A stretch of 57,006 bases of DNA, from positions 1 to 57,006 of the forward strand of contig JAFMCH010000005.1 of assembly GCA_017857875.1 (NCBI GenBank). The letters run 5' to 3'. The notes under the pieces were generated by a model. It saw only the letters and a program-made list of their open reading frames with translations. It searched no databases and was not told where the DNA came from. Shown in pieces: positions 1 through 9,720 of this stretch. How positions within the stretch are numbered: the first letter of the stretch is position 1; each line of letters begins with the position of its first letter. Origin of the DNA: Actinomycetota bacterium. GTDB lineage: Bacteria > Actinomycetota > Actinomycetes > S36-B12. Made by a program: the position numbers and the translations under genes.

Positions 1-652
<652 letters not shown>

Positions 653-1390
653 CTATCGACCGGACTTGGGAGGTCGATCGGCCCCGGTCGCGTCTGACTC
701 GTCTTGATCCAAACGTCGGTATCGCTGTCCAACAAAGACCGCGATGATGCCGAGCGCTGCTGCAAAGAACAGCGCATAAGCCGAGGCGATCAGTTGAAGC
801 GCGGCACCGACTCCGGCACCTATGGCGTAACCGATGGGTGTCGCGGCCGCCACCATGGATCCCAGACGTCGGCCTGAGAAAGCAAGATCCACAGTGTTGA
901 GCAGAGCTCCATTGATCGCGACGGTTTGCACAGCCACGCCCAGAACCCGGGTCAACACAACGGCTTGAATCCCCTGACTAGCCGCCAGCACCGCGATGAC
1001 GCCGTAACGAACTTCGAAATCGACCTGGAACAAGATCAGTACGGCGGCTACCGTAAGTAACGCCGCTCCCCCGATCAGCGCCGTCCGACGAACAACGTAC
1101 TCGTCATGCCCACGACGTACCTGCACTTGCCGCAGCCAAATAACAATGATGATGGCGCCCACAAAACTCGCCAAACTCACCACACTGGGCATAACCGTTG
1201 ACGAACTGTCATCCTCGGCAACGCCGAGGGAAATGATGACGAGGTTGCCGGTCTGGTTAGCGACGAAAACCTTGTAGCGAAGAAAGGCAACCACGTCAAT
1301 GGCACCGCTGCTCATCGCAAGCAACATCACCATGCCAATTCCTGCTATGGCTTCATCACGCGGCCGCCGCGCAGTTTTATCAGTCGCCAT
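653..1390 (-). CDS. YoaK/DUF1275 family membrane protein
   Basis: SGAIDVVAFLRYKVFVANQTGNLV motif, several TM helices, QGIQA motif; start moved to ATG 1390 to avoid overlapping the divergent gene. Confidence 0.8.
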   Translation of the reverse strand: MATDKTARRPRDEAIAGIGMVMLLAMSSGAIDVVAFLRYKVFVANQTGNLVIISLGVAEDDSSSTVMPSVVSLASFVGAIIIVIWLRQVQVRRGHDEYVVRRTALIGGAALLTVAAVLILFQVDFEVRYGVIAVLAASQGIQAVVLTRVLGVAVQTVAINGALLNTVDLAFSGRRLGSMVAAATPIGYAIGAGVGAALQLIASAYALFFAAALGIIAVFVGQRYRRLDQDESDATGADRPPKSGR

Positions 1391-1414
1391 AACGCGCAAC
1401 GCTATCGTGGTGCC

Positions 1415-1999
1415 ATGAAATCGGGGGAAACACTCAAGCATCGCACACTGGCAGCGTTCATCTTGGGCTGTACCGCAGCGATCAGCCTGACCGCATGTGC
1501 CACTACGACCGCAACTATCGATGACACACGCCCCGGTGCAACGACTTCCTCAAACGCGATACAGCCCGTCGGCCCAGTGCTCACTGGCCAGGTCGTGCGG
1601 GTCGTCGATGGCGACACTGTGCGTGTGTTGGTCGATGGCACGACCGAGGACGTGAGTGTTCGACTCATCGGCATCGACACACCCGAAACAGTCGCCCCTG
1701 GCAAACCGGTGGAATGTTTTGGTCCTGAGGCCAGCGCATTTGCCGAGAGCCTCCTGGCCGGGGCACGTGTTCAGATCGAACTTGATCCCTCGCAGGGTGA
1801 GACGGATCGTTTTGGTCGACTGCTCGGTTATGTCTGGATCGACAACGGCGGCGAGTTCGAACTGTTCAATCTCGCTGCCGTTCGCGGGGGCTACGCCATC
1901 GAGTACCAGTACGACGACCCTTACACCTGGCAAGCACAGTTCGAGGCAGCCCAAAGGCTGGCCCAAAGCGAGGCTGCCGGACAGTGGAGTGCGTGCTAG
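1415..1999 (+). CDS. Thermonuclease (SNase-like) lipoprotein
   Basis: Lipobox LTAC; VVDGDTV, RLIGIDTPE, DRFGRLLGY motifs. Confidence 0.9.
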   Translation: MKSGETLKHRTLAAFILGCTAAISLTACATTTATIDDTRPGATTSSNAIQPVGPVLTGQVVRVVDGDTVRVLVDGTTEDVSVRLIGIDTPETVAPGKPVECFGPEASAFAESLLAGARVQIELDPSQGETDRFGRLLGYVWIDNGGEFELFNLAAVRGGYAIEYQYDDPYTWQAQFEAAQRLAQSEAAGQWSAC

Positions 2000-2004
2000 C
2001 GGAC

Positions 2005-4926
2005 CTAGACCGGCTCGCCAGAACTGCCGTTGATGCGGGCCTCAGCCGCCGCGGCGCGCTGCAATGCTGCTTCGAGATCGGCCTGGGCCTCACCGAAACC
2101 AGCAAAGTCTCCGCGCGCCAGCGCCGCATTACCCCGATCAATCGCCGCCTGCGCATCTCGCAGCGCCAATGACAATTCCACGAATGGGTCACCGTCTGGA
2201 TTGGGATCCGGTGTCGGTGTGGGATCGGGATCGGGATTCGGATCCGGATCCGGATCGGGCGTCGGTTCAGGAGTCGGTGTCGGATTGGTCGAAAACACCT
2301 CGGCCAATGCCTCATCCAACGTGTCTGCCAGCGCAACGTTGGCGCCATACCCGACAAGCACCTTGCGCAGCAACGGATAGCCGTCTTGGGCCGCGCGCAA
2401 GAAGACAGGTTCGACGTACAGCAGTCCGTCATTGAAAGGCAGCGAGAGCAGGTTACCCAGGTCGACTTCGGAGCCGCCGCGACGAAGCAGTGACAACTGC
2501 GAGGCGATATCAGGGTCCGCTTCAAAGTTGTTCTGCACCTGTGTCGGACCAGGAATCGTTGTGTTGCTCGGCAATTGGAGCACACGTATCTTGCCGTAAT
2601 CAGGTCCGGGCGCTGAGTCTGCTGACATAAACGCCGCTAATGTCGGACGACGCTGGGGCGCAAAGGTGGTCGTCAACGAGAAGGCGGGATTAGCGGTTCC
2701 GGGCATCTGCAGCGTCAAGTAGTACGGCGGCTGATACTGCTGAATTGCCTGCGTGGGATCAAAAGGCACGATCCAAAAGTCAGTGCCGTTGTAGAAGGTG
2801 GCGGGATCAGTCACGTGATAACGCGTCATCATCGTGCGCTGCACCTTGAAGAGGTCCTGAGGGTAGCGCACGTGTTGCTCAACCTCGATGGGCATCTCCG
2901 AGCGATCCTTCACGACATCCGGGAACGCTTTACGCCAGGTCTGCAAGATCGGATCTTCCTCGTCCCATGCATACAAGGTCACCGTGCCCTCGTATGCATC
3001 AACAGTCGCCTTGACGGCATTGCGCATGTAGTTGAGATCATCCCGCGGGCCCAGCGCGGCGGTGCCCGACCGCACCGTAATCGAGTCGCTGGTTGCATCA
3101 GACAGGGACACCCGCGAGGAATTCGGATACTCGTTAGACGTCGTGAAGCCATCAACGAGCCACACGATTCGGCCATCGATCACCGCGGGGTACGGGTCTT
3201 GGTCAAGGGTCAGCCATGGCGCGATCTTTTGCACTCGAGTGAGCGGATCGCGATCCCACAAAACACGAGAATCCTCGTTGATCAGGTCGGTCAGCAAAAT
3301 ATTGGTGTCTTGGAACTTCGTCGCGAACACGATGCGCTGGAACAGTGAACCGATCGGCGATCCACCGTTTCCGGTGTAGGTGTTGTTCACCTGGCCGGTC
3401 GGGCTGGCGTCGTCGGGGTAGTCCAACTCCACCGGAGCCGTGCCTTCAGGAGCACCAACAATGGAGAAGTCCGGTGACAACTCGCCGAAGTAGATGCGAG
3501 GTTGTTCAACACCCAAAATGCCACGCGGTGGAATATCAAACTCAAAGAAGTCAGGGTTGCCGTTGCTTTCGGCGGTGTTGTCATAGGCAGCAACAAAACC
3601 GAACCCGTGGGTATACACCGCGTGCGAGTTTGCCCAGTTCTGCTGGTCTGCTGGAATCGAATTGACGTCAATCTCGCGCAGCGCTACGACGGCACCACGC
3701 ATGCCGTTTTCGAGGTCATAGCGGTCGACGTCAAGTTTGTCCGTGAAAGAGTAGTACGAGCGGATCTGCTGCAACTGGTTGAACGTCGTTGACACGAGAG
3801 CTGGATCTAACAGCCGAATATTGTCCAACGTGCCCGCGTTGGCAGAGATCACCTCTGTCGTCGGTGGCGACACAGTTCCGGGGTAGTCCTGGACATCAGC
3901 ATCGGCGATATCGAACGCATCGCGTGTCGCGGTAATGTTATTGGCGATGTAGGGCTGTTCGCGGACGAGTTCGCTCGGTCGCACCTGGAACTGCTGAACG
4001 ATCGCGGGGTACACGCCACCGATAATCAGCGAGGTCAAAATCATCATGCCCAGACCAATGGCGGGCAGAACCCAGTTGCGGATGAACATATTCACTATGA
4101 ACAACGCGGCCACCAGGATCGCCACGAAGGTCAAAATGGTCAGCGAGGGCAAAACCGCGTTGGCGTCGACGTATTTCAATCCGGTGAACCCTTGGACGAG
4201 CGGCTCACTCTTGACTGCCAGGCCAAACCTATCCAGCCAGTACGCGACGGCTTTAAGTAACAAGAACACGGCAACGAGCGCCGAGAGATGGACCTGGAAT
4301 GCGACGCTCGCCCGATCACCTTTGGGCTGCAGGCGAAGGCCGCCATACAGATAGTGCACCGCGGCGCCAATGAGAATAGACAAGATGATGACGGCGAAGG
4401 CGAACCCGAGCACAAAGCGCAAGAACGGATACGTGAACACATAGAAGCCGACATCGAGCCCAAATTGCGGATCCGTGATGCCAAAGTCGGTCGCGTTGCG
4501 CCAGCCGAGGAATGTTTCCCATTCTGCCGATGCTGACAAACCAGCCAAGAGTCCAAGGACCAACGGGATCGCGATCAGGGCGATGACGCGAAAGGGATAC
4601 AGCGCCATGCGATAGCGCTCTAGGCTTGCCTGTTCGGGAGTGAGAGTTGTAACGGTCGGTCGCAGTCGGTAGGCCAACCACATCGTGCCGGCGGTGACCA
4701 GAGCCATCGTGAGGCCGAAGGTGGCAAACAGAGCGAGTCGCGTCCACAGAGTCGTGCTGTACACACTGGTGGCCTCAACGGAGTCAAACCACAGCCAGTC
4801 GGTGTAGAAGCCGGTGAAGATCACGAAGCCCACGACTATGGCAACCAAAATGATGATCGTGGGCAGCAATACGCGCCCTCGTCGAGGTGCGCTAGGGGCA
4901 TTGCCGACAGGCGTGGCGGTAGTCAC
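2005..4926 (-). CDS. UPF0182 family membrane protein
   Basis: 973 aa; YTDWLWF, DPQFGLDVGFYVF, YTHGFG, NYMRNAVKATVDAYEG, RYPQDLF motifs; Pro/Asp-rich linker near C-terminus. Confidence 0.95.
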   Translation of the reverse strand: MTTATPVGNAPSAPRRGRVLLPTIIILVAIVVGFVIFTGFYTDWLWFDSVEATSVYSTTLWTRLALFATFGLTMALVTAGTMWLAYRLRPTVTTLTPEQASLERYRMALYPFRVIALIAIPLVLGLLAGLSASAEWETFLGWRNATDFGITDPQFGLDVGFYVFTYPFLRFVLGFAFAVIILSILIGAAVHYLYGGLRLQPKGDRASVAFQVHLSALVAVFLLLKAVAYWLDRFGLAVKSEPLVQGFTGLKYVDANAVLPSLTILTFVAILVAALFIVNMFIRNWVLPAIGLGMMILTSLIIGGVYPAIVQQFQVRPSELVREQPYIANNITATRDAFDIADADVQDYPGTVSPPTTEVISANAGTLDNIRLLDPALVSTTFNQLQQIRSYYSFTDKLDVDRYDLENGMRGAVVALREIDVNSIPADQQNWANSHAVYTHGFGFVAAYDNTAESNGNPDFFEFDIPPRGILGVEQPRIYFGELSPDFSIVGAPEGTAPVELDYPDDASPTGQVNNTYTGNGGSPIGSLFQRIVFATKFQDTNILLTDLINEDSRVLWDRDPLTRVQKIAPWLTLDQDPYPAVIDGRIVWLVDGFTTSNEYPNSSRVSLSDATSDSITVRSGTAALGPRDDLNYMRNAVKATVDAYEGTVTLYAWDEEDPILQTWRKAFPDVVKDRSEMPIEVEQHVRYPQDLFKVQRTMMTRYHVTDPATFYNGTDFWIVPFDPTQAIQQYQPPYYLTLQMPGTANPAFSLTTTFAPQRRPTLAAFMSADSAPGPDYGKIRVLQLPSNTTIPGPTQVQNNFEADPDIASQLSLLRRGGSEVDLGNLLSLPFNDGLLYVEPVFLRAAQDGYPLLRKVLVGYGANVALADTLDEALAEVFSTNPTPTPEPTPDPDPDPNPDPDPTPTPDPNPDGDPFVELSLALRDAQAAIDRGNAALARGDFAGFGEAQADLEAALQRAAAAEARINGSSGEPV

Positions 4927-4987
4927 TCTTTCAACCTACGTCACGATGGGTCACCGAGCAGCCGCGGCCCACTTGAAGGACGGTGAA

Positions 4988-6109
4988 CTAGGACAATTCG
5001 GTGGCCGGACACGAAACCGTAGGCGTCCCGGCCTGCCATGCCTCAAGCGCAACGAGGGCGTCATCGACCGACTCCACCGGCACGACGGTGAGTCCATCGG
5101 GCACCGCACCAGCGCTTTCCTCGCAGTGCTGGATCGGCATCAAGAACAACTCGGCTCCCGCGTCACGGGCACCGGCGAGCTTTTGCCGGATGCCACCAAT
5201 CGGCCCCACCTGTCCCGCGGGATCAATCGTGCCCGTTCCCGCCACGAAGTCGCCACCGGTCAGCGATTCAGGGGTCAAAATGTCAACGATGGCGAGAGTG
5301 AACATCAACCCGGCACTCGGGCCGCCCACATCTTGCAGGGTGAATTCGATGGGGAACTCAGCCGAGTAAAGAAGCCCCACACCAATGCCGACGTACGGCT
5401 GCTGCGCATCATCTGGACTGGCCACGCTCACCACGTCAACCGTGAGGGGTTCACCCTCACGCACGACCGCAAAGGCAAGCGTGGCGCCGATGGGTTGAGC
5501 GCGTACCAATTCCGAAACCTCACTTGGCTCCGTCACACTTTGCCCATTGATGGCCGTGATCTGCTCACCCGGGCTCAACTTGCCCTCGGCCGGTGAGCCT
5601 GCAACAACGGCGGTGATGACCGGGGTGGCGATAACCGGCCGGTCCAAGACACCCATGGCCGCGGCGATCGCGTAGGACTGGGATGTAGAAAACAGTGCCG
5701 CGTTTCGTTGGGTCACCTCTTCCCCGGTGATGTCATCGGGGTAGAGCAACTCCCGCGGCAGCACTGCCCGCGAGGTACTCGCCCACGCGGCCAGGGCCTG
5801 AAACACGGTGATCCGACTACGCGGTTCACCGGCTTCACGGACGGTAGTCATGTCCAGATGACCGTCAGTCGGGTACGTCTGGGTCTCGGTGATCTGCACG
5901 AGCGGTACGTCGTTGACCTCACCAATGGTGTTGAACGTGGGGCCCGGCGAAACGATCAAGAACGGCACCGGAAGCACGGCGGCGATCACGGCGAGTGCTA
6001 CTGCTGCCCCCGAGGCGATGAGGGCATTTCGGCCGCGAATTGACAGTCGACGCGAAGTCGGGGCACTGGTCGGCTCCGCTGAGCCGGGCTCTGCCGCGGG
6101 TGTCGTCAC
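4988..6109 (-). CDS. PDZ-domain Lon-like (S16/YlbL) protease
   Basis: N-terminal TM, PDZ region, GGPSAG (Ser) and GGIRQK (Lys) dyad motifs. Confidence 0.9.
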   Translation of the reverse strand: MTTPAAEPGSAEPTSAPTSRRLSIRGRNALIASGAAVALAVIAAVLPVPFLIVSPGPTFNTIGEVNDVPLVQITETQTYPTDGHLDMTTVREAGEPRSRITVFQALAAWASTSRAVLPRELLYPDDITGEEVTQRNAALFSTSQSYAIAAAMGVLDRPVIATPVITAVVAGSPAEGKLSPGEQITAINGQSVTEPSEVSELVRAQPIGATLAFAVVREGEPLTVDVVSVASPDDAQQPYVGIGVGLLYSAEFPIEFTLQDVGGPSAGLMFTLAIVDILTPESLTGGDFVAGTGTIDPAGQVGPIGGIRQKLAGARDAGAELFLMPIQHCEESAGAVPDGLTVVPVESVDDALVALEAWQAGTPTVSCPATELS

Positions 6110-6423
6110 GCGGGGCGTTTACTCGACGAGGCACCGCGGTCTTGACCGTCGCTGCCTGATCGACGCGTACGACTGCGCTGCGGGCGCTGCGTGGGAGTGC
6201 CGGGTGAACTGGGTGAACCTTGTGAACCGGGCATGGGTCGCTGCATCGCGGCCCGGAAACGCTCCTGGTCAGACATAGAGGAGTGCATATCGATCTGCCG
6301 CGCCGGGCGGCTTCGCCAGGCAGCCCAGCCAAGGGCGGCAAGAGTCGCCCCCAGCGGAATGAGCCACCACAACAGGGCCGACACGTGGATCTCCTTCACC
6401 GATGACATCAGATCGCCAAACAT
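6106..6423 (-). CDS. Small membrane protein, hypothetical
   Basis: One TM helix (LLWWLIPLGATLAALGWAAW); stop overlaps the next gene's GTG; start uncertain. Confidence 0.6.
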   Translation of the reverse strand: MFGDLMSSVKEIHVSALLWWLIPLGATLAALGWAAWRSRPARQIDMHSSMSDQERFRAAMQRPMPGSQGSPSSPGTPTQRPQRSRTRRSGSDGQDRGASSSKRPA

Positions 6424-6564
6424 CGATGCGCGCGAGTCACGCCCGCCGCACCGCGCGCCAGGATACGCCTTGACATGACTGCTCGCCCATCGCGGCCTGT
6501 CGGTTTCATCCTGCTCGTTGGCTAGTCATTGGTGACATCACCGCACCAGGACTACCGTGGAGGC

Positions 6565-7821
6565 ATGAGCAATCCCTTTGACATGAACGCCCTCGGTGCG
6601 ATGCTGTCTCAACTCGGGGCCATGATGCAGTCGGGCGGAACCACCAGTGGACCGGTTAACTGGGACCTCGCCCAAAGCACCGCACGCGACGCGATCGCCC
6701 AGGCCGGAGACCCCGGTGTCGATGAGGTGGCCCGCGTCCAGACAGTCGCCGCCCTAAATCTCGCCGACACCTGGCTCGACTCGGCCACAACCTTCCCGCG
6801 GGCCAGTACCGACGGCCAGGCGTGGAGTCGATCGGCGTGGCTGGAACATACGACACCCGCGTGGAAAACCATCGTTGCACCGATCGCCGAGCACATTCAG
6901 TCGGTAACGAGCGCCTCGCCTATGACCCCCGGCGTTGGCGCCGATCTTTCCCAGTTTGAATTGCCGCCGGCGCTGCGCGATGCATTTCCCGAAGGACTTC
7001 CACCCGAGGCCGCAGGGATGCTGGCCCCACTGTTGAACATGGCCCAGCAAATGGGCGCGAGCATGTTTGGTATGCAACTCGGGCAGGGGCTTGCCGCGCT
7101 CGCTACGCAGGTTCTGGGCTCTGCCGACGTGGGTGTTCCACTCACATCTGACCACCGCCCCACGCTGGTTCCCGCCAACGTTGCTGCCTTCACCGAAGGG
7201 TTGGGTATCGATGCTGATGAGGTGCGTTTGTACCTCGCCCTCCGCGAATGCGCACACCAGCGGCTATTCGCCCATGTCCCCTGGCTTCGCTCGCGGCTTG
7301 AAGGTGCCGTCGATGCGTACGCACGTGGCATTCACGTTGACACCGATCGCCTGCAAGGCCTGATGCAAGACGTTGACCCGCAGTCACTGGGCGATCCCTC
7401 GGCCCTGGCCGCACTCCTGGGCGAGGATGCCTTCGTCCCCGAGGACACCCCCGAGCAGGCTGCTGCCCTGGCACGACTAGAAACGCTGCTGGCATTAATC
7501 GAAGGTTGGGTAGACGACGTCGTGGGCCAGGCTGCTGGCGATCGTCTCCCGGCTGCTGATCGACTCGCCGAGACCATGCGTCGGCGGCGCGCTGCAGGTG
7601 GTCCGGCTGAGCGCACATTCGCTTCGCTGGTCGGCTTGGAGCTGCGTCCGCGAGCACTGCGCGAGGCCGCTGCCCTGTGGACCCTGGTGCGCGCCGAGCG
7701 CGGCATGGAAGGCAGCGACGGCCTGTGGTCGCATCCTGACCTCCTGCCTGACCGCGATGATCTTGATGATCCCGGCGCGTTCCTCACCCGATCAGCAGAG
7801 CAACCTGAGGATTTCGCCTGA
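6565..7821 (+). CDS. Zinc-dependent metalloprotease-like protein (DUF2342)
   Basis: GPVNWDLA, RLYLALRECAHQRLF, LETLLALIEGWVD, RRRAAGGPAE, LVGLELRPR motifs; start ATG 6565 after TACCGT-N6. Confidence 0.9.
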   Translation: MSNPFDMNALGAMLSQLGAMMQSGGTTSGPVNWDLAQSTARDAIAQAGDPGVDEVARVQTVAALNLADTWLDSATTFPRASTDGQAWSRSAWLEHTTPAWKTIVAPIAEHIQSVTSASPMTPGVGADLSQFELPPALRDAFPEGLPPEAAGMLAPLLNMAQQMGASMFGMQLGQGLAALATQVLGSADVGVPLTSDHRPTLVPANVAAFTEGLGIDADEVRLYLALRECAHQRLFAHVPWLRSRLEGAVDAYARGIHVDTDRLQGLMQDVDPQSLGDPSALAALLGEDAFVPEDTPEQAAALARLETLLALIEGWVDDVVGQAAGDRLPAADRLAETMRRRRAAGGPAERTFASLVGLELRPRALREAAALWTLVRAERGMEGSDGLWSHPDLLPDRDDLDDPGAFLTRSAEQPEDFA

Positions 7822-7832
7822 GGCCCACACAT

Positions 7833-8417
7833 GTGGTCGATCTGCTCACCGCCTGGACGCCGCCCGATGAGCAGCAAGATCAACTACGCCAGGACTACCT
7901 CGCCTTCGTTATCGGGCACACAAGTGCCGGGGCGCGGGTCATGCGTGATGGTGATCCGCTGTATCGCGACTGCAATCCCGCCCACCTGACAGCCAGCGCC
8001 CTGATTGTGGATCCGATTGGTCAGCGAGTGCTCTTGACGCTGCACGGCGTCGTGGGGCGCTGGTTGCAAACGGGTGGTCACCTTGAACCTGCCGACCAAT
8101 CACTGCCGCAGGCAGCTCTGCGTGAGGCCCGTGAAGAAAGCGGTCTGACTGATTTACGGATCCTGAACGAGCCACTCCGCCTTGACCGACATTCACTGCA
8201 GTGCAAAACATCTGAAGGTTATCGGCGAACGACCGAGCACTTAGATGTCCAGTTTTGCGTGCTCGCCGAGGTGGACACCAATCATGTGCGAAGCGATGAG
8301 TCACTTGATCTACAGTGGTGGCCTTGGTCGGCGTTGCCCGACGGCAACCAGGGCGCAGATCACTCGGTCGCGGCTCTCGTCGATCAGGCCCGCCAGCGCT
8401 TACTCTTGACCGACTGA
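7833..8417 (+). CDS. NUDIX hydrolase
   Basis: HLTASAL..WLQTGGHLEPADQSLPQAALREAREESG Nudix box; HLDV motif. Confidence 0.9.
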   Translation: MVDLLTAWTPPDEQQDQLRQDYLAFVIGHTSAGARVMRDGDPLYRDCNPAHLTASALIVDPIGQRVLLTLHGVVGRWLQTGGHLEPADQSLPQAALREAREESGLTDLRILNEPLRLDRHSLQCKTSEGYRRTTEHLDVQFCVLAEVDTNHVRSDESLDLQWWPWSALPDGNQGADHSVAALVDQARQRLLLTD

Positions 8418-8434
8418 CAATCGCGCTCTAAAGT
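8406..8434 (+). promoter_or_regulatory. Sigma-A-type promoter TTGACC-N17-TAAAGT
   Basis: -35 at 8406-8411, 17-bp spacer, -10 at 8429-8434; no + strand CDS follows, only a hairpin. Confidence 0.6.
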
Positions 8435-8437
8435 TTC

Positions 8438-8516
8438 GAATGCCCTCGGGATAACGGGTCTAGTTGCGCTAGGGGAAGGCGCGGGTGGATTGCGAGCCCC
8501 GAGGGCATTCTTATTG
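8438..8516 (+). ncRNA. Candidate ~75-nt hairpin small RNA with AGGGGAA loop (may also act as a bidirectional terminator)
   Basis: Perfect 13-bp outer stem 8438-8450/8498-8510, G-U-rich inner stem, T-rich tail, upstream promoter. Confidence 0.55.
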
Positions 8517-8544
8517 GGCCACAATACTTTTCATTCGCGATCAT

Positions 8545-9366
8545 TCATTCACCCGTGAACCGCGGGGCACGGCGCTCACGCGCTGCGGCCAGCCCCTCGG
8601 CAACATCGCTAGTCGCCAAGGTCACCGATTGCACCACGCCTTCCCAGCGCAAGGCCGAGGCTAGGTCGGTGGGCGCCGACTCGGCTAGGGCCAACCGGGT
8701 CAATTCGGCGGCCACGGGCGCAGTTGCGGCAATCGTGTGGGCCGAGGTCAGTGCGGTGTCGAGTAATTGCGCATCGGCCACGACCTGCGACGCGACACCC
8801 ATCGCGAGCATCTGCGGTGCGTCGATTCGGCGACCAGTAAGCAACAGATCACGAGCGGCACTGAGGCCGACCACCGATGGCAGCAAGTACGTGATGCCCA
8901 TGCCCGGGTGCAGGCCTAGGGCAGTAAACGGTACGGAGAACGCCGCGCTGTCACCGGCAATACGGATATCGCAGGCCAATGCCAAGGCCGCACCCGCACC
9001 CACCGCGGCCCCGTTGATCGCCGCGATGGTCGGCACCCCGATCTCACGAATCGCCAACCACGTCGAATAAAACGGCATCATCCGGTGCCGCAGGGTCGCA
9101 ACTGAAGCTCCAGGCTCGGCCCCAATCCAGCCCAGATCACCGCCGGCGCAGAAGGCCCGACCCTCACCGGTCACGACGACACAGCGCAGATCTGTGCGCT
9201 GCGCGAGGTGGTCCATGGCGCTGCGCCAGGCATCGGTCATGGGCACGGTCATGGCATTGCGACGTTGCGGATCGGCGAGGCTGACCACAGCCACCCCGCC
9301 GCCGTGGTCGTTCACCTGCACGATTCCCTCAGGCCCAAACGTTACTTTTTGTGACAAATCAGACAT
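8545..9366 (-). CDS. Enoyl-CoA hydratase/isomerase family protein
   Basis: GEGRAFCAGGDL, AAINGAAVGAG, ACDIR motifs; SD AGGAGG. Confidence 0.92.
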   Translation of the reverse strand: MSDLSQKVTFGPEGIVQVNDHGGGVAVVSLADPQRRNAMTVPMTDAWRSAMDHLAQRTDLRCVVVTGEGRAFCAGGDLGWIGAEPGASVATLRHRMMPFYSTWLAIREIGVPTIAAINGAAVGAGAALALACDIRIAGDSAAFSVPFTALGLHPGMGITYLLPSVVGLSAARDLLLTGRRIDAPQMLAMGVASQVVADAQLLDTALTSAHTIAATAPVAAELTRLALAESAPTDLASALRWEGVVQSVTLATSDVAEGLAAARERRAPRFTGE

Positions 9367-9521
9367 GACACGCCTCCTCTAGCACCCGCGGTACCTCATT
9401 CACTGCCAAGCCTGTCCTAGGGTGTCAGCGGGCCACCAACCGTGGCCCGCCGGGTGGTACACCCGGACCCCCGGCGTGCACGGGCACCTTGCCCGCGACA
9501 CAAGTTCTTGAGGAGGACCTT

Positions 9522-9677
9522 ATGGCCGAGTCATACACAGGCGAGGCGTACTGCGTGAAGTGCAAGGAAAAGCGTGAGTTCACCGGCCACGTGGAAGAGA
9601 CCAATGGTCGTCGCTTCGCCAAGGGCATCTGCCCCGTGTGCGGCACCAAGGTCACCCGCATTCTGGGCAAGGCCTGA
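9522..9677 (+). CDS. DUF5679 zinc-ribbon protein
   Basis: MAESYTGEAYCVKCKEKR...KGICPVCGTKVTRILGK; SD GAGGAGG before ATG 9522. Confidence 0.9.
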   Translation: MAESYTGEAYCVKCKEKREFTGHVEETNGRRFAKGICPVCGTKVTRILGKA

Positions 9678-9720
9678 TCCCGTAGATCGCTTCGTCCTCG
9701 ACGGCGTCTCACCACATCAC

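Noticed and set aside
2190-2290. GGATCS-type hexamer repeats as a DNA element
   Set aside because: They encode the Pro-Asp/Thr linker of UPF0182
9350-9365. CRP/GlxR-like site TGTGA-N6-AGACA
   Set aside because: Two mismatches and inside the first codons of a CDS; not distinguishable from chance
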